DNA of 64,000 bases from Myxococcota bacterium (GCA_965223415.1 OZ245002.1:2848001-2912000); one strand, 5' to 3'; shown: positions 35,959 through 45,455, numbered from the stretch's first letter. The notes: a model not told the origin generated them from the letters alone. Numbers and translations: made by a program.

Positions 35959-36485
35959 CCGCTGCCTCCGTCCGCTCCCAGGGCATCGAGAGCCGCCAGC
36001 CAGTCGAGCACCTCGACGACGGCCACATCTTCCGGTTCCAGCTCGAGCTCGGCGGCCAGCTCGAGCTCCGGATCGGCGGGGTCGAGCAGGTCGGGGAGCT
36101 CCGGCACGGGGGGAGCGGGGACCGACTCGGGGGTGGGCTGCACCGCGACCGGCGGGCCCTCCGGGGCCGGGCCAGGTAGCGCGAGCCAGGCCAGCGCGGC
36201 GGCCGCGGCCGCCGCAGCAGCGACGGCCAGGAAGCGGCGGCGGCGGCGAGGCGGCGGCGAGGCCTGCGAATCGGAGGCGATGCGGGCCCGGAGCTGGGCC
36301 TTGGCGGAGGTGGGCACCGGTCGGACGGGCAGGGCGCGTAGCGCAGCGTCCGTCGCCTCGAGCTCGGCCAGGCGAGCGGCCAGCTGCGGCGACCGGGCCA
36401 GCTCCTCGCGCAGGGAGGCCTCCGCCTCCGACGAGAGCTCGCCATCGAGCAGCGCCGAGAGCTGGGCCTCGAGCTCCGGGTTCAT
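35955..36485 (-). CDS. Putative membrane anti-sigma factor
   Basis: LSALLDGEL N-terminus, basic run, one TM helix, acidic tail; ATGA overlap with ECF sigma gene. Confidence 0.75.
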   Translation of the reverse strand: MNPELEAQLSALLDGELSSEAEASLREELARSPQLAARLAELEATDAALRALPVRPVPTSAKAQLRARIASDSQASPPPRRRRRFLAVAAAAAAAAALAWLALPGPAPEGPPVAVQPTPESVPAPPVPELPDLLDPADPELELAAELELEPEDVAVVEVLDWLAALDALGADGGSG

Positions 36486-37111
36486 GCCTGACCTCCCTTC
36501 TGGGTGGGGCGCTGGGCGGTGCCGCCGGAGAGCTCCCGAGCGAGGGCCGTGCGACCGCGATGCACCAGGGCCTTCACCGACTGGGGCGTCGTTTCGAGCG
36601 CGGTCGCCACCTCCGCGTAGGACAGCCCTTCGACGGACGCCAGCCAGAGGGCCGCCCGCTGGCGTTCCGGAAGCCGGTCGAGGGCGGCGAGGGTCTCGGC
36701 GCCCTGGCGGCGGGCGTCGACGACCCCGTCCACGCCGGGACCCTCCCCGACCAGCACGAGGGGCGGGCGCTCACCTCCGTCGTCGCGCTCGGTGCTCTCG
36801 TGGGGGCTGCGGCGGAACGGACGACGCAGCTCGTTGCGCGCCACGTTGCCTGCGATCGTGAAGAGCCAGGTCGAGAATCGGGCGTCCGGGCGATAGCGCG
36901 CCTTCGCGCGGTGCACCCGCAGGAAGCTCTCTTGCAGCAGCTCCTCGGCCACGGCGGAATCCTTCACCATGCGTTCCAGGAAGCGGAGCAGCCGCGCCGC
37001 CCAGCGGTCGAACAGCGCGTCGAAGGCGGCCTCGTCACCACCCGCAAAGGCCAGCATCAGCTGGACATCCTCATCCGCCGGCTGCGGCAAGCTCGCCTCC
37101 ACCCGGGTCAT
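36482..37111 (-). CDS. ECF RNA polymerase sigma-70 factor
   Basis: Region 2 AEELLQESFL...FSTWLFTIA; region 4 LPERQRAAL...GLSYAEVA...VKALVHRGR. Confidence 0.92.
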   Translation of the reverse strand: MTRVEASLPQPADEDVQLMLAFAGGDEAAFDALFDRWAARLLRFLERMVKDSAVAEELLQESFLRVHRAKARYRPDARFSTWLFTIAGNVARNELRRPFRRSPHESTERDDGGERPPLVLVGEGPGVDGVVDARRQGAETLAALDRLPERQRAALWLASVEGLSYAEVATALETTPQSVKALVHRGRTALARELSGGTAQRPTQKGGQA

Positions 37112-37151
37112 CCAACCCGCCGGGGCCGGATCGGTTGCGTCGAGAAATGGC

Positions 37152-37193
37152 CCCCATGGGGAACCGAATTCTCGCCCCTGGCTCCGTTTCCTA
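37152..37193. repeat. Degenerate single-arm copy of the 10046-10129 element
   Basis: 37158-37193 matches 10089-10124 at 28/36 positions without gaps; ccccatgggg mirrors ccccttgggg; also ends at a stop codon. Confidence 0.7.
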
Positions 37194-38003
37194 GCTGTTG
37201 GAGAGGAAGTCGAGGACGGCGGTGTTGAAGGCGTCGGTCTCCTCGATGTTCACGCAGTGGCCCGCGTCCGGGATGACGACGTGGCGGGCGCGGGGGAGCT
37301 TGGCGGCCATCACCTCGCCGGCGGCCTGGTAGGCGGCATCGAGAGCGCCGACGAGCACCAGGGCCGGCACCTGGATCTCGGCCAGGCTGTCGAGGGTGGA
37401 GGGGGCCGGGCCCGCCACGTTGCGGCCGAAGCGGGCCACGCCGTTCGGGTCCTGGGCCTCGATGGCCCGGCCCGCGGCCTGGGCGGCGGGCAGCTCGGGT
37501 CGGAGGCCGATCGCGTTCGGCGCCGCCCGCCCGCTCGTGTAGCCCTCGAAGCCGACCCGCTCCAGGCGTCCGGCGATGCGATCGACCTGCGCCTCCCAGC
37601 CGGCCTGGGCCTTCGGGTTCTTGAAGCCCGGACCGCTGGCGATGAGCAACAGCCCGCGGACCCGTTCCGGGTAGCGCAGCGCGAAGTGCTGGGAGGCCAG
37701 CCCTCCGAAGGACAGGCCCCCGACCACCGCGGGCTCGCCGGGCGCCGCCCAATCGAGCACCCGGGAGAGATCGTCGACGACCTGCTCCATCGTGTAGGCG
37801 GCCTCGTCGGCGGGCACCTCGCTCTGCCCGTGGCCGCGGTAGTCCCACAGCACGATCCGGTAGCCCGCCGCCACGAAGGGATCGACCTGGGTGCGGAAGT
37901 TCTCGTGGGTCTGGCAGTAGCCCGGCGAGAGGACGAGCGGCGTACCCTCCCCGTTCGCCTCTGCGTAGAGGCGCACGCCGTCGCTCGCGATCACCGAGGC
38001 CAT
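37191..38003 (-). CDS. Alpha/beta fold hydrolase
   Basis: WDYRGHGQS, GLSFGG, VGALD, AGHCVNIE. Confidence 0.9.
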   Translation of the reverse strand: MASVIASDGVRLYAEANGEGTPLVLSPGYCQTHENFRTQVDPFVAAGYRIVLWDYRGHGQSEVPADEAAYTMEQVVDDLSRVLDWAAPGEPAVVGGLSFGGLASQHFALRYPERVRGLLLIASGPGFKNPKAQAGWEAQVDRIAGRLERVGFEGYTSGRAAPNAIGLRPELPAAQAAGRAIEAQDPNGVARFGRNVAGPAPSTLDSLAEIQVPALVLVGALDAAYQAAGEVMAAKLPRARHVVIPDAGHCVNIEETDAFNTAVLDFLSNS

Positions 38004-38022
38004 GTTCTTCGTCGACCTCTGT

Positions 38023-38448
38023 CTATCCCGCCGCTTCCATCCGGCGGCGCAGCGCCGCGGCCATCTTCTCGAGCTGGTCCTTGAGCGGCGCCTTGATGGT
38101 GAACTCGGGAACCAGGCCCTTGGTGCGGCCGTCCATCTCGAGGGTCACCTGGGTGCGATCGCCGCGTTCCAGGAGCCGCACGGCGCCGTCGAGCTGCTTC
38201 CACACGCGCCCGTCGCAGACCTTCGAGAAACGCACGTCACCGTCACCCAGGAAGTCGAAGTGGAAGGTGACCGTGCCTTCCTGGCCGAGGGCGCGGTACT
38301 CGGAGACGATGGTCTTGCGGCCCCGGTCGCGGGCGACGATCTCCGTCTTCCCGTCCGGGAAGAGCGCGCCCAGGATCCCGTCGTCGGCGAGGGCGGCGGC
38401 GCAGGCCTCGCGGCTCGCCGCCACCTCGAAGCGCTTGTCGAGTCGCAT
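38023..38448 (-). CDS. SRPBCC/START-like (CoxG-type) protein
   Basis: 141 aa with strand-helix-strands-long C-terminal helix pattern; fold call is tentative. Confidence 0.55.
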   Translation of the reverse strand: MRLDKRFEVAASREACAAALADDGILGALFPDGKTEIVARDRGRKTIVSEYRALGQEGTVTFHFDFLGDGDVRFSKVCDGRVWKQLDGAVRLLERGDRTQVTLEMDGRTKGLVPEFTIKAPLKDQLEKMAAALRRRMEAAG

Positions 38449-39576
38449 CTAGTGTCCTGTTCCAGAAGAAACCACTCGATTAGAATCGGAGTGGACGTCG
38501 AGGACGCGACCACAGTAGCGCCGCACACTCGCGAGGATCTGATCCGCGGTCTTGGTCCAGACGAAGGGTCTCGGATCGTCGTTCGTCGTCTTCAGGAAGC
38601 TCCGGATGTCGTTCTCGAGCGCCCTCGTGCTGCGATGCACGCCGCGACGGATGCAACGCTCGGTGATGAGTGCAAAGAACCGCTCGACCTGATTCAGCCA
38701 TGAGCTGTACGTCGGGGTGAAGTGCACGTGGAAACGAGGGTGGCGCGCGAGCCAGCTCCGAGTTCGCTTCGTCTTGTGCGTGGTGTAGTTGTCGAGCACG
38801 AGATGGATGTCGAGTTCGGCGGGTACGTTGTCGTCGATCGTCCTGAGGAACTTCAGGAACTCCTCCGTGCGGTGCCGGCGATGGAGGGATCCGATCACTT
38901 CGCCCGTTGCGATGTTGAGTGCGGCAAAGAGTGTCGTCGTGCCATGGCGTAGGTATCCGTGTGTGCGCTGCTCCGCCCGGCCCGGTTGCATCGGCAAGAC
39001 AGGCTGGTTCCGTTCCAGCGCTTGGATCTGCGATTTCTCGTCGACGCAGAGGACGACCGCGTTCGCCGGCGGAGACATGTACAGGCCGACGATATCCACC
39101 ACCTTGTCCACAAAATGGGGATCGTTGGAGAGCCGGAAGCGCTCGACTCGGTGCGGCTGGAGGCTGAATGCTCGCCAGATGCGATGAACCGTCGTCGTCG
39201 GGAGGCCTACCCGCTTCGCCATCAGGCGAACGGACCAGTGCGTCGCTCCCGTGGGCGTTTCCTCTAGCGTCAAGCGCACGACCTCATCGACCTGCTCGTC
39301 GGTCACCGTCCGGGGCGCTCCCGGCTTGGGCTCGTCGTAGAGCCCAGCGATCCGCTTTTCGACGAAGCGCTTGCGCCAGATCCCGACGGTCTCTCGTCGC
39401 TTGCCTACGCGTTCCGCGATTTCCCCATTCGTCAGCCCCTGCTCTGCGAGCAATACAATGCGCGAGCGGTAGGCCAACTGATGCGCGCTCTTCCGCCTTC
39501 TGGCGTGCGTCTGGAGCTCTTCTCGCTCCGCATCCGTCAGCACAATCGGCGTCTTGGGCCGGCCACGATTCGCCAT
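38449..39576 (-). CDS. IS630-family transposase (single ORF, 375 aa)
   Basis: HTH region, THWSVR, DDE triad VDEKSQIQ / VLDNYTTH / [15 protein letters not shown]. Confidence 0.95.
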   Translation of the reverse strand: MANRGRPKTPIVLTDAEREELQTHARRRKSAHQLAYRSRIVLLAEQGLTNGEIAERVGKRRETVGIWRKRFVEKRIAGLYDEPKPGAPRTVTDEQVDEVVRLTLEETPTGATHWSVRLMAKRVGLPTTTVHRIWRAFSLQPHRVERFRLSNDPHFVDKVVDIVGLYMSPPANAVVLCVDEKSQIQALERNQPVLPMQPGRAEQRTHGYLRHGTTTLFAALNIATGEVIGSLHRRHRTEEFLKFLRTIDDNVPAELDIHLVLDNYTTHKTKRTRSWLARHPRFHVHFTPTYSSWLNQVERFFALITERCIRRGVHRSTRALENDIRSFLKTTNDDPRPFVWTKTADQILASVRRYCGRVLDVHSDSNRVVSSGTGH

Positions 39577-39665
39577 ACGTCCCCCCAACGTGATGCCGGT
39601 AAGATGCCCCCTGCACGTTGGGAGTTCGCACTATTTTGCGTACTTTTTTCCGAAACAGGACACTA
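38450..39665 (-). mobile_element. IS630-family insertion sequence (~1.21 kb) with TA target duplication in a CTAG site
   Basis: Ends read ctagtgtcctgttccagaagaaa and (reverse complement) ctagtgtcctgtttcggaaaaaa, 20/23 identical; TA at 38450-51 and 39664-65; lower GC than flanks. Confidence 0.93.
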
Positions 39666-41402
39666 GCGGATCTCCATCAGGCCCGGCGGAACGAGCAGCG
39701 GAGCGCCTTCCGGCAGGCCCCGCACCAGCTGGACCAGGGAGGCGAGTGTACCCGGGAGCGGCAGGTCCGGTGTGGCCAGGGGCAGCTCGCCTTCGGCGGC
39801 CGCCCGCAGGCCGCCGAAGAGCTCCATCAGCTCCTCGGCGAGGGGACGTGGGCGCGGGTACTGCACGAGCACGACCGGCGCCTCCGGGTCGAGGCCCACC
39901 AGCTTCTTGCCCTCGATGACCGCGTCCCGGAGGCCGCCCAGGGAATCGACCAGACCGATCTCCCGGGCCTGGGCGCCGGTCCACACGCGCCCGCGCGCGA
40001 CGGCGTCCACCTCGTCGCGCTCGAGGGAACGGCCCTCGGCCACCCGCTCCAGGAAGAGCTCGTAGACGCCCTGCACGTCGTCGCGCAGCACGGCACGGGT
40101 CTCCTCCGAGAGCGGCTTCGAGGCGAGCAGCAAATCCGCGTGGGGGCCGCGGGTGATCGGCTCGACACCGACCCCGAGCTTCTCGAGCAGCCCGCCGATG
40201 ACCGGCCGCAAGACGAACACGCCGATCGAGCCGGTGTAGGTGGTGTGGTGGGAGACGATGCGATCGGCGCCGGCCGCCACGTAGTAGCCGCCGGATGCGG
40301 CGACGTCGGAGAAGGACGCGATCACGGGCTTGCCGTCCGCCCGGACGTCCTGCACCGCCTGCCAGACGATGTCCGACGCCAGGGCGGAGCCGCCCGGGCT
40401 GTCGATGCGGAAGACGATCGCCTGCACCTCCGGGTCGGCGGCCGCGTCCCGCAGCGCGCGGGCCACCGTGTCCGAGGCCAGCACCGGCGAGCCGCCACCG
40501 GCGAAGCGGCCTTCGCCCACGAGGACCGGGCCGGAGCCGTGCACCAGCGCGAAGGTGCCCTCGGGCTCGAAGCCGAGCTCGCCCAGACCGACCTGCGCGT
40601 AGTCCGAGGCCTCGACGATGGGCTGCTCGCCGAAGCCCTCCATGAGGTCGGTCCAGGTCGTGACCTCGTCGATCAGGCCGAGCCGCTGCATCGGCTCGCC
40701 GCCGGTCGGCGCCTGGTCCATGGCCTTCTCGATCGCGGCACGCTCGAGCCCGCGCCCCTCGGCCACGAGGGCCAGGAACCGGTCCTCGATCGAGTCCACC
40801 AGGGCTTCCTGCATCTCGCGAGCGGGGCCGGACATGCCCTTCTGGGCGTAGCTCTCGACGGCGCTCTTGTAGCGGCCAATGCGTTCGTACTCGATGTCGA
40901 CGCCGAGCTTCTCGAAGAGCCCGCCGAAGAAGAGATACTCACCGGCCAGCCCGACGAAGGGGTTGCGGTGGCCCGGCGCCGCCGCGATGCGCTGCGCGCC
41001 GGTGGCCACGGCGTAGGCGCCGTTGCCGAAGCCCTCGACCTCGAGGTACGCCACGGTCTTCCTGCCCTTGTCGGCGAGGCGGGCGATGGCGGCTCGGATC
41101 TCCTCCACCCGACCCCAGCCGAGGGCCAGGCCGCGGATGCGGAAGACGACGGTGTCGACGCGGTCGTCGCGCTCGAGCTTGGCGAGCTCTCCGAGCAGCG
41201 AGACGAGCGAGCGCTCGGGGCTGCCGGTGAGGCGCGCATAGAGCGGGTTCACCGGAGCGTCGGCGTAGGCGCCCTGGAGCTTCACGACGACCACGCTGCC
41301 CGGCTCGATGGTCGGCGCCCGCCCGCTCCACCACAGGGCCGCGAGCCCCGCCAGCAGCAGCAGGCCCAGGATCCAAGCTCGGGCGGTGGGCGCTCGACTC
41401 AT
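39663..41402 (-). CDS. sppA: Signal peptide peptidase SppA, 67K type
   Basis: N-terminal TM, IGRYKSAVE, RIDSPGGS, AASGGYY, TGSIGV, GRVWTGAQA. Confidence 0.92.
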   Translation of the reverse strand: MSRAPTARAWILGLLLLAGLAALWWSGRAPTIEPGSVVVVKLQGAYADAPVNPLYARLTGSPERSLVSLLGELAKLERDDRVDTVVFRIRGLALGWGRVEEIRAAIARLADKGRKTVAYLEVEGFGNGAYAVATGAQRIAAAPGHRNPFVGLAGEYLFFGGLFEKLGVDIEYERIGRYKSAVESYAQKGMSGPAREMQEALVDSIEDRFLALVAEGRGLERAAIEKAMDQAPTGGEPMQRLGLIDEVTTWTDLMEGFGEQPIVEASDYAQVGLGELGFEPEGTFALVHGSGPVLVGEGRFAGGGSPVLASDTVARALRDAAADPEVQAIVFRIDSPGGSALASDIVWQAVQDVRADGKPVIASFSDVAASGGYYVAAGADRIVSHHTTYTGSIGVFVLRPVIGGLLEKLGVGVEPITRGPHADLLLASKPLSEETRAVLRDDVQGVYELFLERVAEGRSLERDEVDAVARGRVWTGAQAREIGLVDSLGGLRDAVIEGKKLVGLDPEAPVVLVQYPRPRPLAEELMELFGGLRAAAEGELPLATPDLPLPGTLASLVQLVRGLPEGAPLLVPPGLMEIR

Positions 41403-41475
41403 GGCGGTTCTCCGTGCGCGGGTCGTTCCCCTACAGCGGGGGACGGCGCGGGACGAAGGTAACGTTCAGCTAGCC

Positions 41476-43065
41476 ATGCCCAAGCCCGCCCATCCCGTGT
41501 ATGTCGCCGGCGTCGGCCTCACCAAGGTCGACCTGACGGGCCGGGTGTTCGGCAGCATCTTCGACCTGTTCGCCCAGGCCTTCTCGCGGGCGCTCCAGGA
41601 TTCGCGGGTGCGGAGCTTCGATGCGGTCCAGATCGGCATCATGGACAGCGAGGAGTTCGAGAACCGCGCCAACATCGCCGCCAAGGTGGTCGACCGGTTG
41701 GGGCTGCGGGGCGTGCCCGCGGTGCGCAGCGAGACGGCGTCGTCCACGGGCGCCGCCGCCTTCCACGAGGCCTGCTACAAGGTCGCGTCCGGCCAGTGCG
41801 AGAGCGTGCTCGTGCTGGCGGGCGAGCGCATGAAGACGGTCACCACCCAGATGGCGACCCACATCATGTCGAAGACCGTCGACCCAGAGGAGCGCCGCTT
41901 CGGCTTCACCATGCCGGGACTGATCGCGCTCGTCACCCAGGCGTGGCTCGGCAGCACCGGGATCTCGGGCGAGCGGGCACGGGCGATCCTGGCGCGGCTG
42001 ATGGTGCGGGCCCACGCGCTCGGGGCGGAGAATCCGCTGGCCGCGTTCCACGGCAAGCCCGAGCCCCTCGACGCGTACTTCGACGAGACGAAGAACCTGC
42101 CGGTCGCGACGCCGCTGATGCGCAAGGACTGCTCGCCCATCTGCGACGGTGCCGCCGCGGTGATCGTGACGGCGCGGCCGGACGCGCTTCGCGTCGCGGG
42201 GCTGGGCTCCGCGACCGAGAGCTCTTCGATTCTCGATCGCGACGCTCTCGACCACCTGGACGCGACGCGCCAGGCAGCGCGGGTCGCGTGCTACCGGGCG
42301 GGCATCCGCGATCCTCGCCGCCTGGCGGGCCTCGTGGTGGAGGCCCACGACGCATTCAACAGCCTGCTGCCGATCGACCTGGTCGATCTCGGGCTGCTGC
42401 GCGAGGACGAGGTGGTCGAGGCGTTGGTCGGCGACCTGGACGGGGCGCCCTTGGATCCGATCCTGAACCCGGTCACCGGCGTGGGCGGGCGGGTGCCGAC
42501 GAACCTGTCCGGTGGGCTGAAGGCGCGCGGGCATCCGGTCGGCGGCACCGGGCTCTTCCAGATCGCCGAGTGCGCCCTGCAGCTCCAGGGCCGGTTCCCG
42601 AACCCGCGCGCGCAGGTACAAGGCGCGACGATCGGCATGGCCCACTCGATCGGAGGGCCGGGCAACAACGTGTACGTGACGTTGCTCGAGCACAGCGATT
42701 CGTTGCGCCTGCCCGAAGCCGTTCCCGAGCCGCGGCTCCACTTCGAGGCCCGGCCGCAGCGGCCGGCGCCGGATCCGGCGCACCTCCACGGCGCCCGCGC
42801 CGTCGTCGAGGCGGCGACCACCATCCACGTGACCGGGGGCTCGGAAGGCGAGCCGGTGCACGTCGCCGTCGTGAATCTCGACGGTACCCGCGTCTTCGCT
42901 CGCCTCGATCACCCGGCGGACCAGGAGCTGCCCCAGGAGTCGCTCGCCGGCCAGAGGGTCCGCCTCCTCGTCAAGGACGACGGCGACCACTACTTCCAGC
43001 TCGACCGCGACCGCGGTGGCCTCGGTCAGCTCCTCTCCCGCGTCCGCGCTGCCCTCACGACCTGA
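41476..43065 (+). CDS. SCP-x/thiolase-like protein with C-terminal OB-fold-like extension (529 aa)
   Basis: DCSPICDGAAA, EAHDAF, NLSGGLKARGHPVGGTG; ETASSTG at the usual ENACASG position; extra ~100 aa C-terminal. Confidence 0.8.
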   Translation: MPKPAHPVYVAGVGLTKVDLTGRVFGSIFDLFAQAFSRALQDSRVRSFDAVQIGIMDSEEFENRANIAAKVVDRLGLRGVPAVRSETASSTGAAAFHEACYKVASGQCESVLVLAGERMKTVTTQMATHIMSKTVDPEERRFGFTMPGLIALVTQAWLGSTGISGERARAILARLMVRAHALGAENPLAAFHGKPEPLDAYFDETKNLPVATPLMRKDCSPICDGAAAVIVTARPDALRVAGLGSATESSSILDRDALDHLDATRQAARVACYRAGIRDPRRLAGLVVEAHDAFNSLLPIDLVDLGLLREDEVVEALVGDLDGAPLDPILNPVTGVGGRVPTNLSGGLKARGHPVGGTGLFQIAECALQLQGRFPNPRAQVQGATIGMAHSIGGPGNNVYVTLLEHSDSLRLPEAVPEPRLHFEARPQRPAPDPAHLHGARAVVEAATTIHVTGGSEGEPVHVAVVNLDGTRVFARLDHPADQELPQESLAGQRVRLLVKDDGDHYFQLDRDRGGLGQLLSRVRAALTT

Positions 43066-43096
43066 CCACGCAACGAGCGGACCGGCCCGCGCGCAA

Positions 43097-43131
43097 CAAC
43101 TTAACAAACGGATCCGGTACCCAACTTAACA
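43097..43131. repeat. 10-bp direct repeat flanking a 15-bp core at a convergent junction
   Basis: caacttaaca at 43097-43106 and 43122-43131 around aacggatccggtacc; second copy contains the TAA of the minus-strand gene. Confidence 0.65.
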
Positions 43132-44322
43132 GAGTTCGAGGGTGGCGATTTCGCGGGGGGCGGCGATGCGGATGGCGGGGCCGGCGACGCCGGCGCCTCG
43201 GTTGACGTAGAGGACGGTGTCGCCGACGCGGAACAGGCCGCGGGGATAGCGGGAGATGAGGCGGGCCAGGTTGACGCGGTGGGAGAGGCCCGGGAGGGCG
43301 ATCTGGCCGCCGTGGGTGTGGCCGGAGAGGACGGCGGCGAAGCCCAGACGTGCGGCCTGGCGGATCGCGTCGGGGCGGTGGGAGAGCAGGATCACGGGTC
43401 CGTCGTCGGGCAGGCCGGCGCCCAGGGTCTCCAGCTCGTCGGCGATCAGGTCGGGATCGGTCCACATGCGCCCCGGGTCGTCGATGCCGGCGACGTAGAG
43501 CGGCGCCCCGCCGGCCACGCGCTCGAGCTCGGCCCGCAGCAGGCGCACGTTCGGGGCGTGGGCAGCGAGGCCCTCCGCCACGAGCTCGCTACCGGTGTAG
43601 AGATCGTGGTTGCCGAGCACGGCGAACACGCCGAGACGCGCGCGAAGGCCCGCCAGCCCCCTGGCCCCCTCTTCGATGTAGTCCGGATCGAAGTCGAACA
43701 AGTCGCCGGTGAGCGCGACGAGGTCCGGCTCCATCCGGTTCACGTCCTCGACCAGCGTCGCCAGGCGCTCGCCCTCCATCTTGTTGCCGATGTGCAGGTC
43801 CGAGAGCTGCACGATGCGCAGGCCTTCCAGGGAAGGATCGAGGCCGCGGATCGGCAGGCGCAGGTGGGTCCGGTCGTAGCGGGCCTGGCCGACGGTGGCG
43901 CCCCAGAGGATCACGCCGGCCGCGGTCAGCAGCACCGTGTTGCCGCCCAGCTGGAGCCAGCCCCACTGGGTGGTCGGGGCGATCCCGAGCGCGCCGAGCA
44001 GGAGACGGCTCGGAAGGGCGAAGGCCCAGAGCCCGACCACGGCCATGCCGAGAAGGAGCGTCGCGACGCCCGCCGTCATGTAGCCCCGGGCGGCAGCGCC
44101 GCCCACGCCTCCGCTGCGCCGCGCGCGACGCATCGGCGCGTAGAGGGCCACGTTGGCGGCGACCAGCGCCGCCAGGATCCCGATGGCGATCGGCCACGGC
44201 GGGACGGGATGACCGAGCACCACGACCCACAGCCAGTGCAGCACGAGCGCCTGCATCCCGCCGAGCAGGAACGCCAGCGTGCGAAAGACCTCGGTCATGA
44301 AGAAGGTGCGGAGGAAGCTCAT
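43126..44322 (-). CDS. Membrane-anchored calcineurin-like metallophosphoesterase
   Basis: N-terminal TM helices; SDLH, TGD, LGNHD, LSHRP, SGHTHGGQ, YVNRG. Confidence 0.9.
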   Translation of the reverse strand: MSFLRTFFMTEVFRTLAFLLGGMQALVLHWLWVVVLGHPVPPWPIAIGILAALVAANVALYAPMRRARRSGGVGGAAARGYMTAGVATLLLGMAVVGLWAFALPSRLLLGALGIAPTTQWGWLQLGGNTVLLTAAGVILWGATVGQARYDRTHLRLPIRGLDPSLEGLRIVQLSDLHIGNKMEGERLATLVEDVNRMEPDLVALTGDLFDFDPDYIEEGARGLAGLRARLGVFAVLGNHDLYTGSELVAEGLAAHAPNVRLLRAELERVAGGAPLYVAGIDDPGRMWTDPDLIADELETLGAGLPDDGPVILLSHRPDAIRQAARLGFAAVLSGHTHGGQIALPGLSHRVNLARLISRYPRGLFRVGDTVLYVNRGAGVAGPAIRIAAPREIATLELC

Positions 44323-44557
44323 GTCACATGGCGGGGGCCGCAGCCGGCGAAGTCTAACGAACGCGCCCTCGCGGGGGCCGTTGCCCCCGGCTGGTACAAG
44401 GTGACCCCTTTCGACACGAGACCGGGCACCGCCTCTCGTCGGCGCGAGTGAATATCTGGAGCCCTCCGGGCGTCCGCCGGGGGTGGTTCCTACGCTCGTG
44501 GACCCGTCCCTTCCCCGGCATCCGCCGCCCGCGGGTGCCGACGCCCTGGAGGAAACC

Positions 44558-45064
44558 ATGCAAGGAAGCAGAACGTCACTGGGCATCCGCCTGCTGCTCG
44601 CCGCGCTCCTGGTGGGCCTGCCCGTGAGCGGCACGCTGGGCTGCGTCAGCCCGGGGGGAGCGACCGCCGGCACCAAGACCGCCATCGGCGGCCTCGGCGG
44701 CTCCGTCGCCGGCGGCATCGTCGGCAAGGCCGTGGAGGGCCACACCCGGGGCGCCATCGCCGGGGCGCTGATCGGCGGCCTGATCGGCGGCGCCGTGGGC
44801 AACCTGCTCGACCAGCGCGACCGGGAGCTCGCCATGCAGGCGGCCCACCACAGCCTCGAGTACGAACCCACCGGCGCGACCTCGACCTGGGACAATCCGG
44901 ACAACGGCCACTCCGGCAGCTTCACCCCCACGCGCACCTACCAGGTGGCGTCGGGGCAGTACTGCCGCGAGTACCAGCAGGAGATCATCGTCGACGGCGA
45001 ACGACAGCGGGGCTACGGCACGGCTTGCCGCCAGCCCGACGGAAGCTGGCAGATCCAGAACTGA
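44558..45064 (+). CDS. Glycine-zipper surface-antigen lipoprotein (17 kDa antigen-like)
   Basis: GGAGG RBS; TLGC lipobox; GAxIGGxxGG zipper; WDNPDNG, YCREY, TACRQPDGSW. Confidence 0.88.
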   Translation: MQGSRTSLGIRLLLAALLVGLPVSGTLGCVSPGGATAGTKTAIGGLGGSVAGGIVGKAVEGHTRGAIAGALIGGLIGGAVGNLLDQRDRELAMQAAHHSLEYEPTGATSTWDNPDNGHSGSFTPTRTYQVASGQYCREYQQEIIVDGERQRGYGTACRQPDGSWQIQN

Positions 45065-45077
45065 CGGGAGCAATGCG

Positions 45078-45455
45078 ATGAACCTCCGAACCCGACCCCT
45101 GCGATCGTTGCGCACCTGCGTGCTCGGCCTGCTGCTGGCCGTGCCTGGCACGGCGGTGGCCCAGGGTGGCGCGCTCGGCGCCGCGGACACCAACCGCGAC
45201 GGCAGCGTGGACCGCCGCGAATTCCACCAGCGGATGGTGGACGTCTTCTACCTCCACGACAGCAACCGCGACGGCCGGCTCACCCCCGACGAGCTGCCCG
45301 GTGTGGACTCCGGCGCGTTCGCGCGCAGCGACGTGAACCGGGACGGCGGGCTCCAGCTCGCGGAGTTCCTGGATGCGCGCGCCCGCGACTTCTCCCGCGC
45401 CGACCGCAACGGCGACGGCTCGCTCGACGGCACGGAAGCCGACGCCTACGAATAG
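45078..45455 (+). CDS. Secreted EF-hand domain protein
   Basis: Signal peptide; four loops DTNRDGSVDRREF, DSNRDGRLTPDEL, DVNRDGGLQLAEF, DRNGDGSLDGTEA. Confidence 0.88.
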   Translation: MNLRTRPLRSLRTCVLGLLLAVPGTAVAQGGALGAADTNRDGSVDRREFHQRMVDVFYLHDSNRDGRLTPDELPGVDSGAFARSDVNRDGGLQLAEFLDARARDFSRADRNGDGSLDGTEADAYE

